The notes: a model not told the origin generated them from the sequence alone. DNA of 64,000 nucleotides from an uncultured delta proteobacterium (GCA_963785725.1 CAWAWS010000007.1:299238-363237), one strand, 5' to 3'; shown: positions 41,449 through 53,702, numbered from the stretch's first letter. Program-made: numbers and translations.

Positions 41449-42912
41449 ATGCACGATTTGATTCAAAACTTCATCAATGGTGAGTTCGTCGCGTCGAAGT
41501 CGAACAAGACGCTCAAGAATTTGAACCCGGCGACGGGCGAAGCGCTGGGCGAGGTCGTCGTCAGCGGGCGCGAAGAGGCCGAAGCCGCGATCGCGGCGGC
41601 CAAGGCGGCGCTGCCGGCGTGGAAGCGGACGCCGGCGCCGAAGCGCGGTGAAATCCTCGCCAAAGCGGCGATTGAAATGGCGCGGCGTAAAGAGGAATTG
41701 GCGCGCGCGCTGACGCTCGAAGAGGGCAAGACGATCGGCGAGTCGCTCGGCGAAGTGCAAAAGGCGATCAATACGCTCGAGTTTCAAGCGGGCGAAGGGC
41801 GGCGCCTGAACGGCGAGACGGTGCCGTCTGATTTCCCGTCGACGTTTTGCTGGACGCAGCGTGAGGCGCTCGGCGTCGTCGCGCTGGTGACGCCGTGGAA
41901 TTTCCCGGTGGCGATTCCGATTTGGAAATTGGGGCCGGCGTTGGTGACGGGAAATACAGTCGTGTTGAAGCCGGCGTCGATTACGCCGTGGACCGCGAAA
42001 ATAATCGCGGAGATATTCGCGACGGCGGGGATTCCGAAGGGCGTGTTCAACGTCGTGTTCGGGCCGGGCTCGACGGTGGGCGATACGCTGGTGACCCACA
42101 AGGATATCGCGGCAATTTCCTTTACCGGGTCGAATGAAATCGGGATCAAGCTGTACGCGGACGCGGCGGCGCGACATAAGAAAGTGCAGTGCGAGATGGG
42201 CGGCAAGAATCCCGTCATCGTGCTCGAAGACGCCGATTTGGAGCTGGCGGCGACGGCGACGGTGCAAGGCGCGTTCGGCTCGACCGGGCAGCGCTGCACG
42301 GCGACGGCGCGCGCCATCGTGTCCAAGGAGGTCATCGAGGCGTTTACGCGTCGCGTGATCGAGAAGGCGCGCGAGCTGCGTGTCGGCGACGGCAGCGATA
42401 CGTCGGTGCACGTCGGGCCGCTCGTCGACGAGCATCAGTTCCGCTCGGTGCTCAATTACGTCGAGATCGGCAAGAAAGAGGCGAAGCTGGCGCTCGGCGG
42501 CGAGCGCGTCGGCGACAAAGGATTCTTCGTCGCGCCGACGGTGTTCGTCGGCGTGAAGCGCGACATGCGCTTGGCGCAAGAGGAAGTCTTTGGGCCCGTG
42601 TTGGCGATCATCGAGGCCAAAGACTTCGAGGACGCGATCGATATCGCCAATGACGTGAAGTATGGCCTTACCTCTTCGATCTTCAGTAAAGACGTCAATC
42701 GCGTGTTCCAATATCTCGAGCGTATCGAGACCGGGATCACGCACGTCAACTCGGGCACCGTCGGTGGCGAGGCGCAGCTGCCGTTCGGCGGCATGAAGGC
42801 GACCGGCGTCGGCGCGCGCGAGATGGGGCGCACGGCGATCGAGTTTTATAGCGAGTGGAAGACGGTCTATGTCGACTACACGGGCGCCAAGCGCACGACG
42901 AACGTCTACTAA
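41449..42912 (+). CDS. NAD(P)-dependent aldehyde dehydrogenase (malonate/methylmalonate-semialdehyde-dehydrogenase context)
   Basis: ALDH signatures: VTPWNFP, FTGSNEIG, and the catalytic Cys region GQRCTA...GGMKATG. Full length. Confidence 0.85.
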   Translation: MHDLIQNFINGEFVASKSNKTLKNLNPATGEALGEVVVSGREEAEAAIAAAKAALPAWKRTPAPKRGEILAKAAIEMARRKEELARALTLEEGKTIGESLGEVQKAINTLEFQAGEGRRLNGETVPSDFPSTFCWTQREALGVVALVTPWNFPVAIPIWKLGPALVTGNTVVLKPASITPWTAKIIAEIFATAGIPKGVFNVVFGPGSTVGDTLVTHKDIAAISFTGSNEIGIKLYADAAARHKKVQCEMGGKNPVIVLEDADLELAATATVQGAFGSTGQRCTATARAIVSKEVIEAFTRRVIEKARELRVGDGSDTSVHVGPLVDEHQFRSVLNYVEIGKKEAKLALGGERVGDKGFFVAPTVFVGVKRDMRLAQEEVFGPVLAIIEAKDFEDAIDIANDVKYGLTSSIFSKDVNRVFQYLERIETGITHVNSGTVGGEAQLPFGGMKATGVGAREMGRTAIEFYSEWKTVYVDYTGAKRTTNVY

Positions 42913-42952
42913 CAGACAGACATAGAACGGCTATCAACAGACAGACATAAAC

Positions 42953-43297
42953 ATGCAGCTCGAAGCACTGACATTGACGGCGCGGGATTTGAAGCGAGCG
43001 CGCCAGTTCTACGCCGGCAAGCTGGGATTCGCGGTGCTGGTGGAGAGCGAACGCTCGATCGTGCTCGACGCCGGCGGCGTTTTTCTGCAGCTCGCCGCCG
43101 ACGGCGTGCGCGCGCCGCTCGACGCGTCCGAGCCGCGCCTGGCGTTTCGTACGACCGACTTGTGGCAGCGCTGCGCGGCGCTGCGCGATCTCGGCGTCAG
43201 TGTGGACGGGCCGCTGCAAAACGAGGGCGGCGACGGGCGGCACGCGGAATTGCGCGATCCGGACGGACACCCGATTACGTTGTGGGAGAAACGATGA
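42953..43297 (+). CDS. VOC/glyoxalase-family protein
   Basis: 114 aa with a glyoxalase-like fold sequence (LTARDLKRARQFYAGKLGF...). Confidence 0.6.
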   Translation: MQLEALTLTARDLKRARQFYAGKLGFAVLVESERSIVLDAGGVFLQLAADGVRAPLDASEPRLAFRTTDLWQRCAALRDLGVSVDGPLQNEGGDGRHAELRDPDGHPITLWEKR

Positions 43298-44172
43298 CGA
43301 AGCGGACTGTGAAGTGCGGCTTGATTCAGGCGTCGAACCCGATCAACGACGAGAAGCGTCCGGTCGCCGAGATCCAAGCGGCGATGTACGAGAAGCATTT
43401 GCCGCTGATTGAAAAGGCGGGAAATGAGGGCGTGAAGATCTTGTGTCTGCAAGAGATCTTCAATGGACCTTACTTCTGTCCGTCGCAGGATTCGCGCTGG
43501 TACGACGCGGCGGAGGCGGTGCCGGGGCCGACGGTGAACAAGCTGGCGGCGATCGCCAAGAAGTTCGGAATGGCGATGGTCGTGCCGGTCTATGAGCGGG
43601 AAATGGCCGGCGTTTATTACAATACCGCGGCGGTTCTCGATCACGACGGCAGTTATCTCGGGAAATATCGCAAGAATCATATTCCGCAGGTCAATCCCGG
43701 GTTTTACGAGAAGTATTATTTCAAGCCGGGAAATCTCGGTTATCCGGTGTTCAAGCTGTCGTCGGGCGTCACGATCGGCGTCTATATTTGTTACGACCGC
43801 CATTTCCCGGAAGGCGCGCGCCTGTTGGGTTTGCATGGCGCCGAGATCGTCTTCAATCCGTCGGCGACGGTCGCCGGTTTGTCGCAATATCTTTGGAAGC
43901 TCGAGCAGCCGGCGCACGCAGTGGCCAACGGTTATTTCATGGGCTGCATCAATCGCGTCGGCACCGAAGCGCCGTGGAATATCGGTAAATTCTATGGCTC
44001 GTCCTATTTCGTCGACCCGCGCGGCAACTTCTTGGCGACGGCGTCGGAAGATCAGGACGAATTGGTCGTCGCCGAGCTCGATTTGAGCGCGATCGAAGAG
44101 ACGCGGCGGACCTGGCAGTTCTTCCGCGATCGCCGACCGGACAGCTATGGCGACATGGTAAAGGACGTTTGA
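43294..44172 (+). CDS. Beta-ureidopropionase / N-carbamoyl-beta-alanine amidohydrolase (nitrilase superfamily)
   Basis: CGLIQASNP..., EKAGNEGVKILCLQE (catalytic Glu), K of the triad, ...GVYICYDRHFPE (Cys of the triad). ATGA overlap with the upstream gene. Confidence 0.85.
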   Translation: MTKRTVKCGLIQASNPINDEKRPVAEIQAAMYEKHLPLIEKAGNEGVKILCLQEIFNGPYFCPSQDSRWYDAAEAVPGPTVNKLAAIAKKFGMAMVVPVYEREMAGVYYNTAAVLDHDGSYLGKYRKNHIPQVNPGFYEKYYFKPGNLGYPVFKLSSGVTIGVYICYDRHFPEGARLLGLHGAEIVFNPSATVAGLSQYLWKLEQPAHAVANGYFMGCINRVGTEAPWNIGKFYGSSYFVDPRGNFLATASEDQDELVVAELDLSAIEETRRTWQFFRDRRPDSYGDMVKDV

Positions 44173-44179
44173 TAGCGCC

Positions 44180-45571
44180 ATGCGCACATTGATTCAGAAT
44201 GGAACGTGCGTAACCGCGAGCGATATGTTCGCCGCCGATGTATGGATCGAGAACGGCAAGATCACGGCGCTGACACAACCGGGAACCAAGCTCGGTAACG
44301 CCGATAAGATCATCGATGCGACGGGGAAATATGTGATTCCCGGCGGAATCGACGCGCATACGCACCTCGATATGCCGTTTGGCGGCACCAGCTCGATCGA
44401 TGACTTCGAGTCGGGAACGCTGGCGGCGGCGCACGGCGGCACCACGACGATCGTCGATTTCGCAATTCAGAAGAAGGGCGGATCGCTGCGCGAGGCGCTC
44501 GATACCTGGCACGCCAAAGCCGAAGGTAAAGCCTTGGTGGACTATGCGTTTCATATGATCGCGACCGATATGCCGCCCAGTGTGCTGTCGGAGATGGGCG
44601 CGATCGTCAATGAAGGCGTCACCAGCTTCAAGATGTTCATGGCCTATCCGGGCGTGCTCATGCTCGACGACCAGTCGATCTTTCGCGCCATGCTGCGCGC
44701 GGGAGAGCTGGGCGCGCTCATTTGCATGCACGCGGAGACGGGACTGCCGATAGACGTGCTCGTCGAACGTGCGATAGCAGCCGGACATACGGCGCCGATC
44801 TATCACGCGCTGACGCGGCCGGAAGTGGCGGAGGCGACGGGGACCGATCGCGCCATCGCGCTCGCGGAGATGGCGAAAGTGCCGGTCTATATCGTGCATT
44901 TGTCGGCGCAGCGCGCGCTCGAACGCGTCATGGAAGCGCGCGATCGCGGGCTGCCGGCGTATGCCGAGACCTGTCCTCAGTATCTGTTCTTGAGCGAAGA
45001 TGACTTACGCGGCACGCCCAATGACGAGTTCGAAGGCGCCAAGTATGTCTGCACGCCGCCGTTGCGTCCCAAGCATCACCACGAGCATTTATGGCGCGGG
45101 CTGCGCAATCACGACCTGCAAGTCGTCTCGACCGACCATTGCCCGTTCTGCATGAAGGGGCAAAAAGAGCTGGGCAGAGGCGACTTTTCGAAGATCCCCA
45201 ATGGCATGCCGGGGATCGAGACGCGTTTGCATTTGTTGTACGAAGGCGTGCGCGAGAAGCGCATTTCGCTCAATCGCTTCGTCGAGATTACGGCGACGGC
45301 GCCGGCGAAGATCTTCGGGCTCTATCCGCGCAAAGGCACGATCGCCATCGGCGCCGATGCCGACGTCGTGGTGTGGGATCCCGAGAAGCGCTTCGAGCTG
45401 TCGCATAAGAATCTGCATATGCGCGCGGACTATGCGGCGTATGAAGGCAAGACGGTCATCGGCGCGCCGGCGCAAGTGTTGTCGCGCGGCGAAATCATCG
45501 TCGATAATGATAAAACGATCGGCAAAAAAGGGCGCGGGCAGTTCGTGCGCCGGGGGACTTTCTCTTTATGA
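44180..45571 (+). CDS. Dihydropyrimidinase / D-hydantoinase
   Basis: GGIDAHTHLDMPFGG (metal-binding HxH), carboxylated-Lys region, cyclic amidohydrolase fold over the full length. Confidence 0.88.
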   Translation: MRTLIQNGTCVTASDMFAADVWIENGKITALTQPGTKLGNADKIIDATGKYVIPGGIDAHTHLDMPFGGTSSIDDFESGTLAAAHGGTTTIVDFAIQKKGGSLREALDTWHAKAEGKALVDYAFHMIATDMPPSVLSEMGAIVNEGVTSFKMFMAYPGVLMLDDQSIFRAMLRAGELGALICMHAETGLPIDVLVERAIAAGHTAPIYHALTRPEVAEATGTDRAIALAEMAKVPVYIVHLSAQRALERVMEARDRGLPAYAETCPQYLFLSEDDLRGTPNDEFEGAKYVCTPPLRPKHHHEHLWRGLRNHDLQVVSTDHCPFCMKGQKELGRGDFSKIPNGMPGIETRLHLLYEGVREKRISLNRFVEITATAPAKIFGLYPRKGTIAIGADADVVVWDPEKRFELSHKNLHMRADYAAYEGKTVIGAPAQVLSRGEIIVDNDKTIGKKGRGQFVRRGTFSL

Positions 45572-46917
45572 GCACGGACGACGTTCGCGAAATCTCAGGT
45601 AAGCACACCTATGGCACTTGGCGGCGGCAAAAGGGGTTCAACCCGCTCAACATCGTCGACGCCGAAGGCTCGTACTTCACCGACTCGAGCGGCAAGCGCT
45701 ACCTCGATCTGTCGAGCCAGCTCATGTGCTCGAACCTTGGGCCACAAGAATCGCGCCGTCATCGACGCCATCAAGCGGCAAGCCGAGGAATTGGCGTTCA
45801 TCGCGCCCGGCTACACGACCAAGGCGCGCTCGGAGCTATGTAACGAGCTATTGACGGTACTGCCCACAGGACTGACGAAATACTTCTTTACGACCTCGGG
45901 CACGGAAGCGAACGAGGCGGCGATCAAGATCGCGCGGCTTTACACCGGTAAGCACAAGATCATCTCGCGCTACGCCAGCTATCACGGCTCGACGGCGGGA
46001 TCGATCTCGCTGACCGGCGATTTCCGTCGCTGGCCGTCCGAGCCGTTCGACACCGTGCCGGGCACGGCGTTCGCGCCCGACGTCAACTGCTATCGCTGCC
46101 CGCTCAAGAAGTCGCACCCCGAGTGCGGCATCGCCTGCGCCGATTACACCGAGTACATGATCGAGCGCGAAGGCAATGTCGCGGCGATGATCATCGAGCC
46201 CATCGTCGGTACCAATGGCATCTTGGTGCCGCCGAAGGAATATCTCGTCAAGCTACGCGCGATAACGAAGCGACATAACGTGCTGCTCATCGCCGACGAG
46301 GTCATGACCGGCTGGGGTCGCACCGGCGATTGGTTCGCGGTCAATCAGGGCGGCGACGGCCACGCCATCGTCCCCGAATTTTGTGCACCGCCAAAGGCAT
46401 CACCGGCGCCTATGTGCCGCTCGGTCTGTGTGCGACGACGGAAGAGATCGCCGACTTCTTCAATGAACGCTACTTCGCGCACGGACATACCTATGAGGCG
46501 CATCCGCTGACGCTTGGCGCCGGCGACGGCGGCGATCCGCGAGTACAAGCGACTTGAACCTCATCGAGCGTTCGCGGACGATGGGCGAGCTGCTCGGCCA
46601 GAAGCTGGCGGCGATCAAAGAGAAGCATCCGTCGCGTCGGTGACGTGCGCGGCCGCGGGCTCTTCTATGCCGTCGAGCTGGTCAAAGATCGCGCCAAGAA
46701 GACGCCGTTCAATACGCCGGCGGAGAAGCTGGAAGGCAAGCCGCTCGTCATCGATCAAGTGACGGCGAAGATGATGGGCGCGGGCGTCGCCTGTCTCGGC
46801 TGGATCAGCCACCTCGTCATCGCGCCGCCGCTCATCGTCACCGAGGCCGAGCTCGACGAAGGCTTGCGCGTGCTCGACGACGCGCTCACCGTCGCCGACG
46901 CGCACGTGGCGGCGTGA
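45568..46917 (+). pseudogene. Class III (omega) aminotransferase, beta-alanine/pyruvate type, disrupted by about 4-5 single-base indels (around 45737, 46378, 46510, 46549, 46634)
   Basis: The conserved AT-III sequence is distributed across all three frames: ...YLDLSSQLMCSNLG | HKNRAVIDAIKRQAEELAF...LIADEVMTGWGRTGDWFA | ILCTAKGITGAYVPLG...HGHTYEAHPLTL | AAIREYKRL | NLIERSRTMGELLGQKLAAIKEKHPS | VGDVRGRGLFYAVELV... Confidence 0.8.
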
Positions 46918-48450
46918 TGCCGCGCGGCGCCGATGATCCACGCGACATCGGCGCCGGCACCGTCGTCGGCGGCGAGATCCGCCACGCCGACGGGCGCGTC
47001 GAGCTCGACGCGGCGACGACGCGCGAAATCGAGTCCAGCCCGCTCTTCAATCACGATCTGGCGCCCGTGCGCGTCGCCGAGCGCACGTGGACCACGTACA
47101 ACTACGCCGCGCTCTGGATCTCGATGGCGCACTGCATTCCCACGTACATGCTGGCGTCGGGACTCATCGGCGCCGGCATGTCGTGGTGGCAGGCGCTCGT
47201 CACCATCTTGCTCGGCAACATGATCGTGCTCGTGCCCATCCTCGCCAACTCGCACCCCGGCACGAAGTACGGCATCCCGTTTCCCGTCTTCGCGCGCGCC
47301 GCTTACGGCACCTCCGGCGCGAACCTGCCGGCGCTGATGCGCGCGATCGTCGCGTGCGGCTGGTTCGGCATTCAGTGCTGGATCGGCGGCGAGGCGTTGC
47401 ACACGTTCTTTAGCGCCGCGTTCCCGTGGTGGCGACATACGCTGGCTATCGCACCTGCGAATGGCGGCCACGCGCTCGGCGAATGGATCGGCTTCGCGCT
47501 CTTCTGGCGCATCAACATCGCCGTCGTCTTCCGCGGCATGGAGCTACTGCGCAAAGTGGAGAACTGGGCCGCGCCGTTCGTCCTCGTGATGACGACGTTC
47601 TTCGTCGTTTGGGCCTTGAAGCGCGCGCACGGCTTGGGCGCGATCATGGCGCAGCCCGGTAAGATTCCGCGATTTTCCGTCGTTCTTCAAAGTGTTCGTC
47701 CCGTCGCTGACCGCGATGATCGGCTTCTGGGCCACGCTGTCGCTCAACATGCCCGACTTCACGCGCTTCGGTCGCTCGCAGCGCGAGCAGATGCTCGGCC
47801 AGGTCGTCGCGCTGCCGACGACGATGACGGTCTTCGCCGCGATGGGCGTCATCATCACGTCCGCCAGCGTCCTCATCTACGGCCAAGCCATCTGGGATCC
47901 GGTGAGCTTGGTCGGCAAGTTCACGCAGCCGTGGCTCGTCGCCATCGCGATGTTCACCGTCGTCGTCGCCACGCTCAGCGTCAACATCGCCGCCAACGTC
48001 GTCTCGCCCGCCAACGATTTCGCCAACGCCTTCCCGCGCCACATCGGCTTTCGCATGGGCGGTCTCATCACCGGCGTCGTCGGCGTCGTCATGCTGCCGT
48101 GGAAGCTCATCGCCGATCCCTCGGGCTACATCTTCAAGTGGCTGCTCGGCTATTCCGGCGGCCTCGGCTCGATCGCGGGCGTGCTCATCGCCGATTATTT
48201 CATCGTGCGCAATAAACGCCTCAACCTCGCCGACCTCTATCGCGCGGGCGGCGAATATCATTATCGCGGCGGCTGGAACCTCCCGGCCGTCGCCGCGACG
48301 CTGCTCGGCTGCGGCTTGGCCTGGGCCGGCGCCGTCGTCCCGGCGCTGGCCGCGCTCTACGATTACGCCTGGTTCGTCGGGTTCATCGTCGCCGCCGTCG
48401 CTTACTTGGCGCTGGCACGAGCATCTGGCCCGCGTTCGGTTCAAGCTTAA
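46914..48450 (+). CDS. NCS1-family nucleobase/hydantoin permease, frameshift near 47680
   Basis: NCS1 N-terminus ...SPLFNHDLAPVRVAERTWTTYNYAALW..., with the remaining TM helices in the 47692..48450 frame (...FANAFPRHIGFRMGGLITGVVGVVMLPW...). Confidence 0.75.
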
Positions 48451-48456
48451 GCGCGG

Positions 48457-49218
48457 ATGACGCTGCTCGATTCGACGATGCGCTTTTCGGCGACCGCCGA
48501 CGTGTACGATCGCTATCGCCCCGACTATCCCGCCGCCATTTTCGACTGGATCGTCGCCGCCGCGCAGCTCGAGCCGGCCGCGCCCGTCGTCGATCTCGGC
48601 TGCGGCACGGGGATCTCCGCGCGCCAGCTGGCCGCGCGCGGCTATCGCGTCACCGGCGTCGATCCCAACGCGCGCATGCTCGGCTACGCGCGCGGCTATC
48701 GCCCCGGCGCGCACGGCCCGTTCTATGTCCGCGCGCGCGCCGAGGCGCTGCCGCTCGCCGATTCCGCGGCCGCGCTGGTGACGATGGCGCAGAGCGCGCA
48801 TTGGTTCGTCGTCGATCCGGCACGCCGCACGCCGGTCTTGGCCGAGCTGGCGCGCGTGGCGCCGTTCGCCGTCGCGCTCTGGAACCGCCGCGCCAAGAGC
48901 CCGTTCATGAGCGACTATGACGCTTTGATACGTGCTTATGCCGCCGACTATTCGCACGTTCCCACCGTCGAGCAAGCGCTGCATGCGCTGCGCGCGGCGG
49001 TGCCCAACGCGTGCGAGACCAAGCTGCCGCATCGACAGATGCTCGATCGCGCCGGCCTCGTTGGTCGCGCCTGGTCGTCGAGCTACGTCGCGCACGGCGT
49101 ACGCGAGCGCGCCCAATTCGACGCCGCGCTCGACGCGCTGTTCTCGAAGCACATGCAAGCCGACCGCGTCGAGTTCCTGTTCGAGACGGTCGCTATCGCT
49201 TGGTCCACACGCGACTGA
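48457..49218 (+). CDS. Class I SAM-dependent methyltransferase
   Basis: VVDLGCGTGISARQL (motif I), 253 aa. Confidence 0.75.
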   Translation: MTLLDSTMRFSATADVYDRYRPDYPAAIFDWIVAAAQLEPAAPVVDLGCGTGISARQLAARGYRVTGVDPNARMLGYARGYRPGAHGPFYVRARAEALPLADSAAALVTMAQSAHWFVVDPARRTPVLAELARVAPFAVALWNRRAKSPFMSDYDALIRAYAADYSHVPTVEQALHALRAAVPNACETKLPHRQMLDRAGLVGRAWSSSYVAHGVRERAQFDAALDALFSKHMQADRVEFLFETVAIAWSTRD

Positions 49219-49301
49219 GCGGCTATCGCACGTAACTGTCGATGGCCCTATCGCACGTGACAGTCGATAGAACGCGGCTCATGTAACCGGCGATAAAAGC
49301 G

Positions 49302-49907
49302 TTACAGCAGGTTGAGCGGCGGCGCGGTTACGAGATCGAGGAACTCTTGGCGAGTCGCGGGGTTCTCGCGGAAGATGCCGCGCACGGCCGACGTCACGAC
49401 GCGCGCCTCGTGCGCGCGAATGCCGCGCGCCGCCATGCACAAGTGCAGCCCTTCGACGTAGGCCGCCGAGCCGCGCGTCTCCATGCGCTCATGCAGGAGC
49501 GCCGCCAATTCCTGCGTCAAATCCTCCTGCAGCACCGGCCGATGGGCGAGCAGGTTGACGATGCGCGACAGCTTGGAGATGCCGAGCACTTTGGCGCCCG
49601 GCAAATAGGCGACGCTGATGCGATAGATGACCGGCAACAAATGATGCGGACACATGCCGAAGCTGATGTTGTGCTTCGAGATGACCATCTCGTCGTAATG
49701 CGCCGGGAAGACGCGGCTCAACATCGTGTCGATCTGCGTCTTGACGTCCTCGGTCGCGCCCACGAGCTCGGTCATGGCCCGCGCCGCGCGCGCCGCCGTC
49801 TCGTCGAAGTTGGCGTCGGTCTTCACCGGATAGCCGAGCTCTTCGAACGCTTCCAAGATCTGCTGGTAGGCGCCTTCCAACTTCGCGTACGCCGCTTCCT
49901 TGCTCAT
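49302..49907 (-). CDS. folE: GTP cyclohydrolase I
   Basis: ...HNISFGMCPHHLLPVIYRISVAYLPGAKVLGISKLSRIV...HERMETRGSAAYVEGLHLCMAARG. Full FolE signature. Confidence 0.9.
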   Translation of the reverse strand: MSKEAAYAKLEGAYQQILEAFEELGYPVKTDANFDETAARAARAMTELVGATEDVKTQIDTMLSRVFPAHYDEMVISKHNISFGMCPHHLLPVIYRISVAYLPGAKVLGISKLSRIVNLLAHRPVLQEDLTQELAALLHERMETRGSAAYVEGLHLCMAARGIRAHEARVVTSAVRGIFRENPATRQEFLDLVTAPPLNLL

Positions 49908-51034
49908 GGATTGGCTTTCCTTTTCCCTGTAGATGCCGGCAGCGGCAGCGTCGTTTGCTCCCAAATGCGCCGCGTCCACGCGGCGACGCCGAGCTCGAGT
50001 GCGCCCGCGCGCGGCTGCCAATGGTGCGCGTCGTAGCCGTCGAGCCGCAGCTTGCCGCGGGCGCGCGCGGCGAAGACGTGGAACTGCATGCGCCGATGGG
50101 TCAGCACGTGCTCGAAGCTGCCGTGCGGGCGCAGCTCGGTCAACGTCAGGCCGACGCCGGCGGCCGTCGCGTGCGCCGCGTCTTCGTCCGGCAGTTCGCC
50201 GCGGCCGAGCTGGCGGAGCGGCGGCTCCCACAAGCCGCCCCACAATCCCGACGGCGGGCGGCGCACGAACAGGAGCTTGCCGTCGCGCTCGGCCAAGAGC
50301 GCCACGGCGGCGACGGCGCGCGGCGGCTTCTTCGTCTTCGCCGCCGGCGTCGCCTCGACGGTATCGGCGGCGCGAGCGCGACACTGCGCGACGAGCGGGC
50401 AGCGCGAGCAGCCGGGCGCGCGCGGCGTGCACACCGTCGCGCCCAGCTCCATCATCGCCTGATTGAACGCGCTCGCGTCCACACCGCCGTCGCTGCGCAC
50501 CAATTCTTCGGCGCGCCGCCACACGTCCTTCTTGAGCGCGGCGGAGTCGGCGGCGCCGGGCAGGCCGTCGACGCGCGCCAAGACGCGCACGACATTGCCG
50601 TCGACGATCGGCTCCGGCCGGCCGTAGGCGATGCTGACGATGGCGCCCGACGTGTACGCGCCGATGCCGGGCAGCGCGCGGACGTCGGCGGTCTCCGTCG
50701 GGAATTGCCCGCCGTAGGTCGTCGCCACTTCGCGCGCGGCGGCGTGCAGATTGCGGGCGCGCGCGTAATAGCCGAGCCCGGCCCAATGCGACAGGACGTC
50801 GTCGAGCGGCGCCTCGGCCAGGGCGCGCACCGTCGGAAAGCGGTCCATCCAGCGCGTGAAGTAGGGCGTCACCGTGGCGACTTGCGTCTGCTGCAGCATG
50901 ATCTCGGACACCCACACGGCGTAGGGATCGCGCGTGCGCCGCCAAGGCAGGTCGCGGTGGCCGCGCGCAAACCAGCTGACGAGCGCGCGCCGAATCTGCA
51001 GATCGCGATTCAACGCGAGCGGTATAGCACGCAA
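49904..51034 (-). CDS. mutY: A/G-specific adenine DNA glycosylase MutY (start uncertain, TTG at 51034 or 51013)
   Basis: ...HRDLPWRRTRDPYAVWVSEIMLQQTQVATV..., 4Fe-4S CTPRAPGCSRCPLVAQC, and a C-terminal NUDIX-like domain. Its stop overlaps the folE start. Confidence 0.85.
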   Translation of the reverse strand: MRAIPLALNRDLQIRRALVSWFARGHRDLPWRRTRDPYAVWVSEIMLQQTQVATVTPYFTRWMDRFPTVRALAEAPLDDVLSHWAGLGYYARARNLHAAAREVATTYGGQFPTETADVRALPGIGAYTSGAIVSIAYGRPEPIVDGNVVRVLARVDGLPGAADSAALKKDVWRRAEELVRSDGGVDASAFNQAMMELGATVCTPRAPGCSRCPLVAQCRARAADTVEATPAAKTKKPPRAVAAVALLAERDGKLLFVRRPPSGLWGGLWEPPLRQLGRGELPDEDAAHATAAGVGLTLTELRPHGSFEHVLTHRRMQFHVFAARARGKLRLDGYDAHHWQPRAGALELGVAAWTRRIWEQTTLPLPASTGKRKANP

Positions 51035-51073
51035 ACGCCGTGAAAACGCGCGCCAGCGACGACGGCCGCGCGC

Positions 51074-51106
51074 AAAAAAAGAGGGCGACCCTCGCGGATC
51101 GCCCTC
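51074..51106 (-). terminator. Rho-independent terminator downstream of groEL
   Basis: On the minus strand: GAGGGCGA-loop-TCGCCCTC hairpin followed by a U7 tract (plus strand shows AAAAAAA then GAGGGCGACCCTCGCGGATCGCCCTC). Confidence 0.7.
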
Positions 51107-51137
51107 TCGCAAACGATTACCTAACTACCGCGTCGGC

Positions 51138-52786
<1,649 letters not shown>

Positions 52787-52798
52787 TTGAATGACTCC

Positions 52799-53089
52799 TT
52801 ACTTCTCGATGACCGCGAGGATGTCGTCTTCGCGCAGGATGATGTGGTCGTCGCCGTCGAGCTTCACTTCGGAGCCCGAGTACTTGCCGAAGAGGACCTT
52901 GTCGCCGGCCTTGACGTCGAGCGGACGGAGCTTGCCGTCGTCGCCGATCTTGCCGTTGCCGACGGCGATGACCTTCGCCTCGAGCGGCTTCTCTTTGGCG
53001 CTGTCGGGGATGAAGAGGCCGCCGGCGGTCTTCTCTTCTTCCTGAACGCGCTTGGCCAGGATGCGATCGTGCAGCGGTCGAATGGTCAT
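52799..53089 (-). CDS. groS: Co-chaperonin GroES
   Basis: [35 protein letters not shown]... Confidence 0.92.
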   Translation of the reverse strand: MTIRPLHDRILAKRVQEEEKTAGGLFIPDSAKEKPLEAKVIAVGNGKIGDDGKLRPLDVKAGDKVLFGKYSGSEVKLDGDDHIILREDDILAVIEK

Positions 53090-53101
53090 GGGATCCCTCC
53101 G

Positions 53102-53452
53102 TCAGGCGGCCGGCTTATCGCTGCCGCTAGATTTGGTGGTGGCTGGTTCGCTGGACTTCGTCGTCGATTCGGTGGACTTGGGAGCGGTTGCTGCGGCTTT
53201 GGCGTTCGATTCGTTGATGCTGCTCTGTACTTTTTCGGACCGATCGCTCGATTTCGGCTCGTTCGCCTTCTTCGAGGAATACAGATCCTTGTACCAACCG
53301 GAGCCCTTGAGCTGAAACGACGTCGAGCTGATCAACCGCTCGAGCTTGGGCGCATGGCACACCGGACACTCGACGAGCGCCGGATCTTTGATGCTGTGCG
53401 TCGCTTCCATTTCGTGCTCGCAGGCCTGACAGCGGTATTCGTACGTCGGCAT
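53102..53452 (-). CDS. FmdB-family zinc-ribbon protein (CxxC_CxxC_SSSS) with Ser/Thr/Lys-rich tail
   Basis: [43 protein letters not shown], then a low-complexity tail. Sits 12 nt upstream of groES on the same strand. Confidence 0.65.
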   Translation of the reverse strand: MPTYEYRCQACEHEMEATHSIKDPALVECPVCHAPKLERLISSTSFQLKGSGWYKDLYSSKKANEPKSSDRSEKVQSSINESNAKAAATAPKSTESTTKSSEPATTKSSGSDKPAA

Positions 53453-53495
53453 TCTTTCAACCTCGTGGTGCGTCAGGGTAACCATGCCTGGCGGA

Positions 53496-53522
53496 TTGTC
53501 AATCCCAGCAGGCGAGTGCTAA
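53496..53522 (-). promoter_or_regulatory. Degenerate CIRCE-like inverted repeat (TTGTCAATC-N9-GAGTGCTAA)
   Basis: The right half GAGTGCTAA matches CIRCE exactly. The left half matches 6 of 9 positions to TTAGCACTC. Located in the AT-rich divergent region upstream of the fmdB-groES-groEL strand. Confidence 0.35.
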
Positions 53523-53702
53523 AAAATCGAAAATTACACAATTGCTACAAATACATGCGATTGCAGGCTTGTGTAACAGTTGGGCACATTTTTGGCCAAT
53601 TCGTGGCCGTCGTTTCGGCGCTCGGCCGCTCACCATTGGTCGAGCCATTCGACGCGTTCTCGACGAGTGACACCTCGCCGAGCGCGTGCTATCGCACTGA
53701 AC

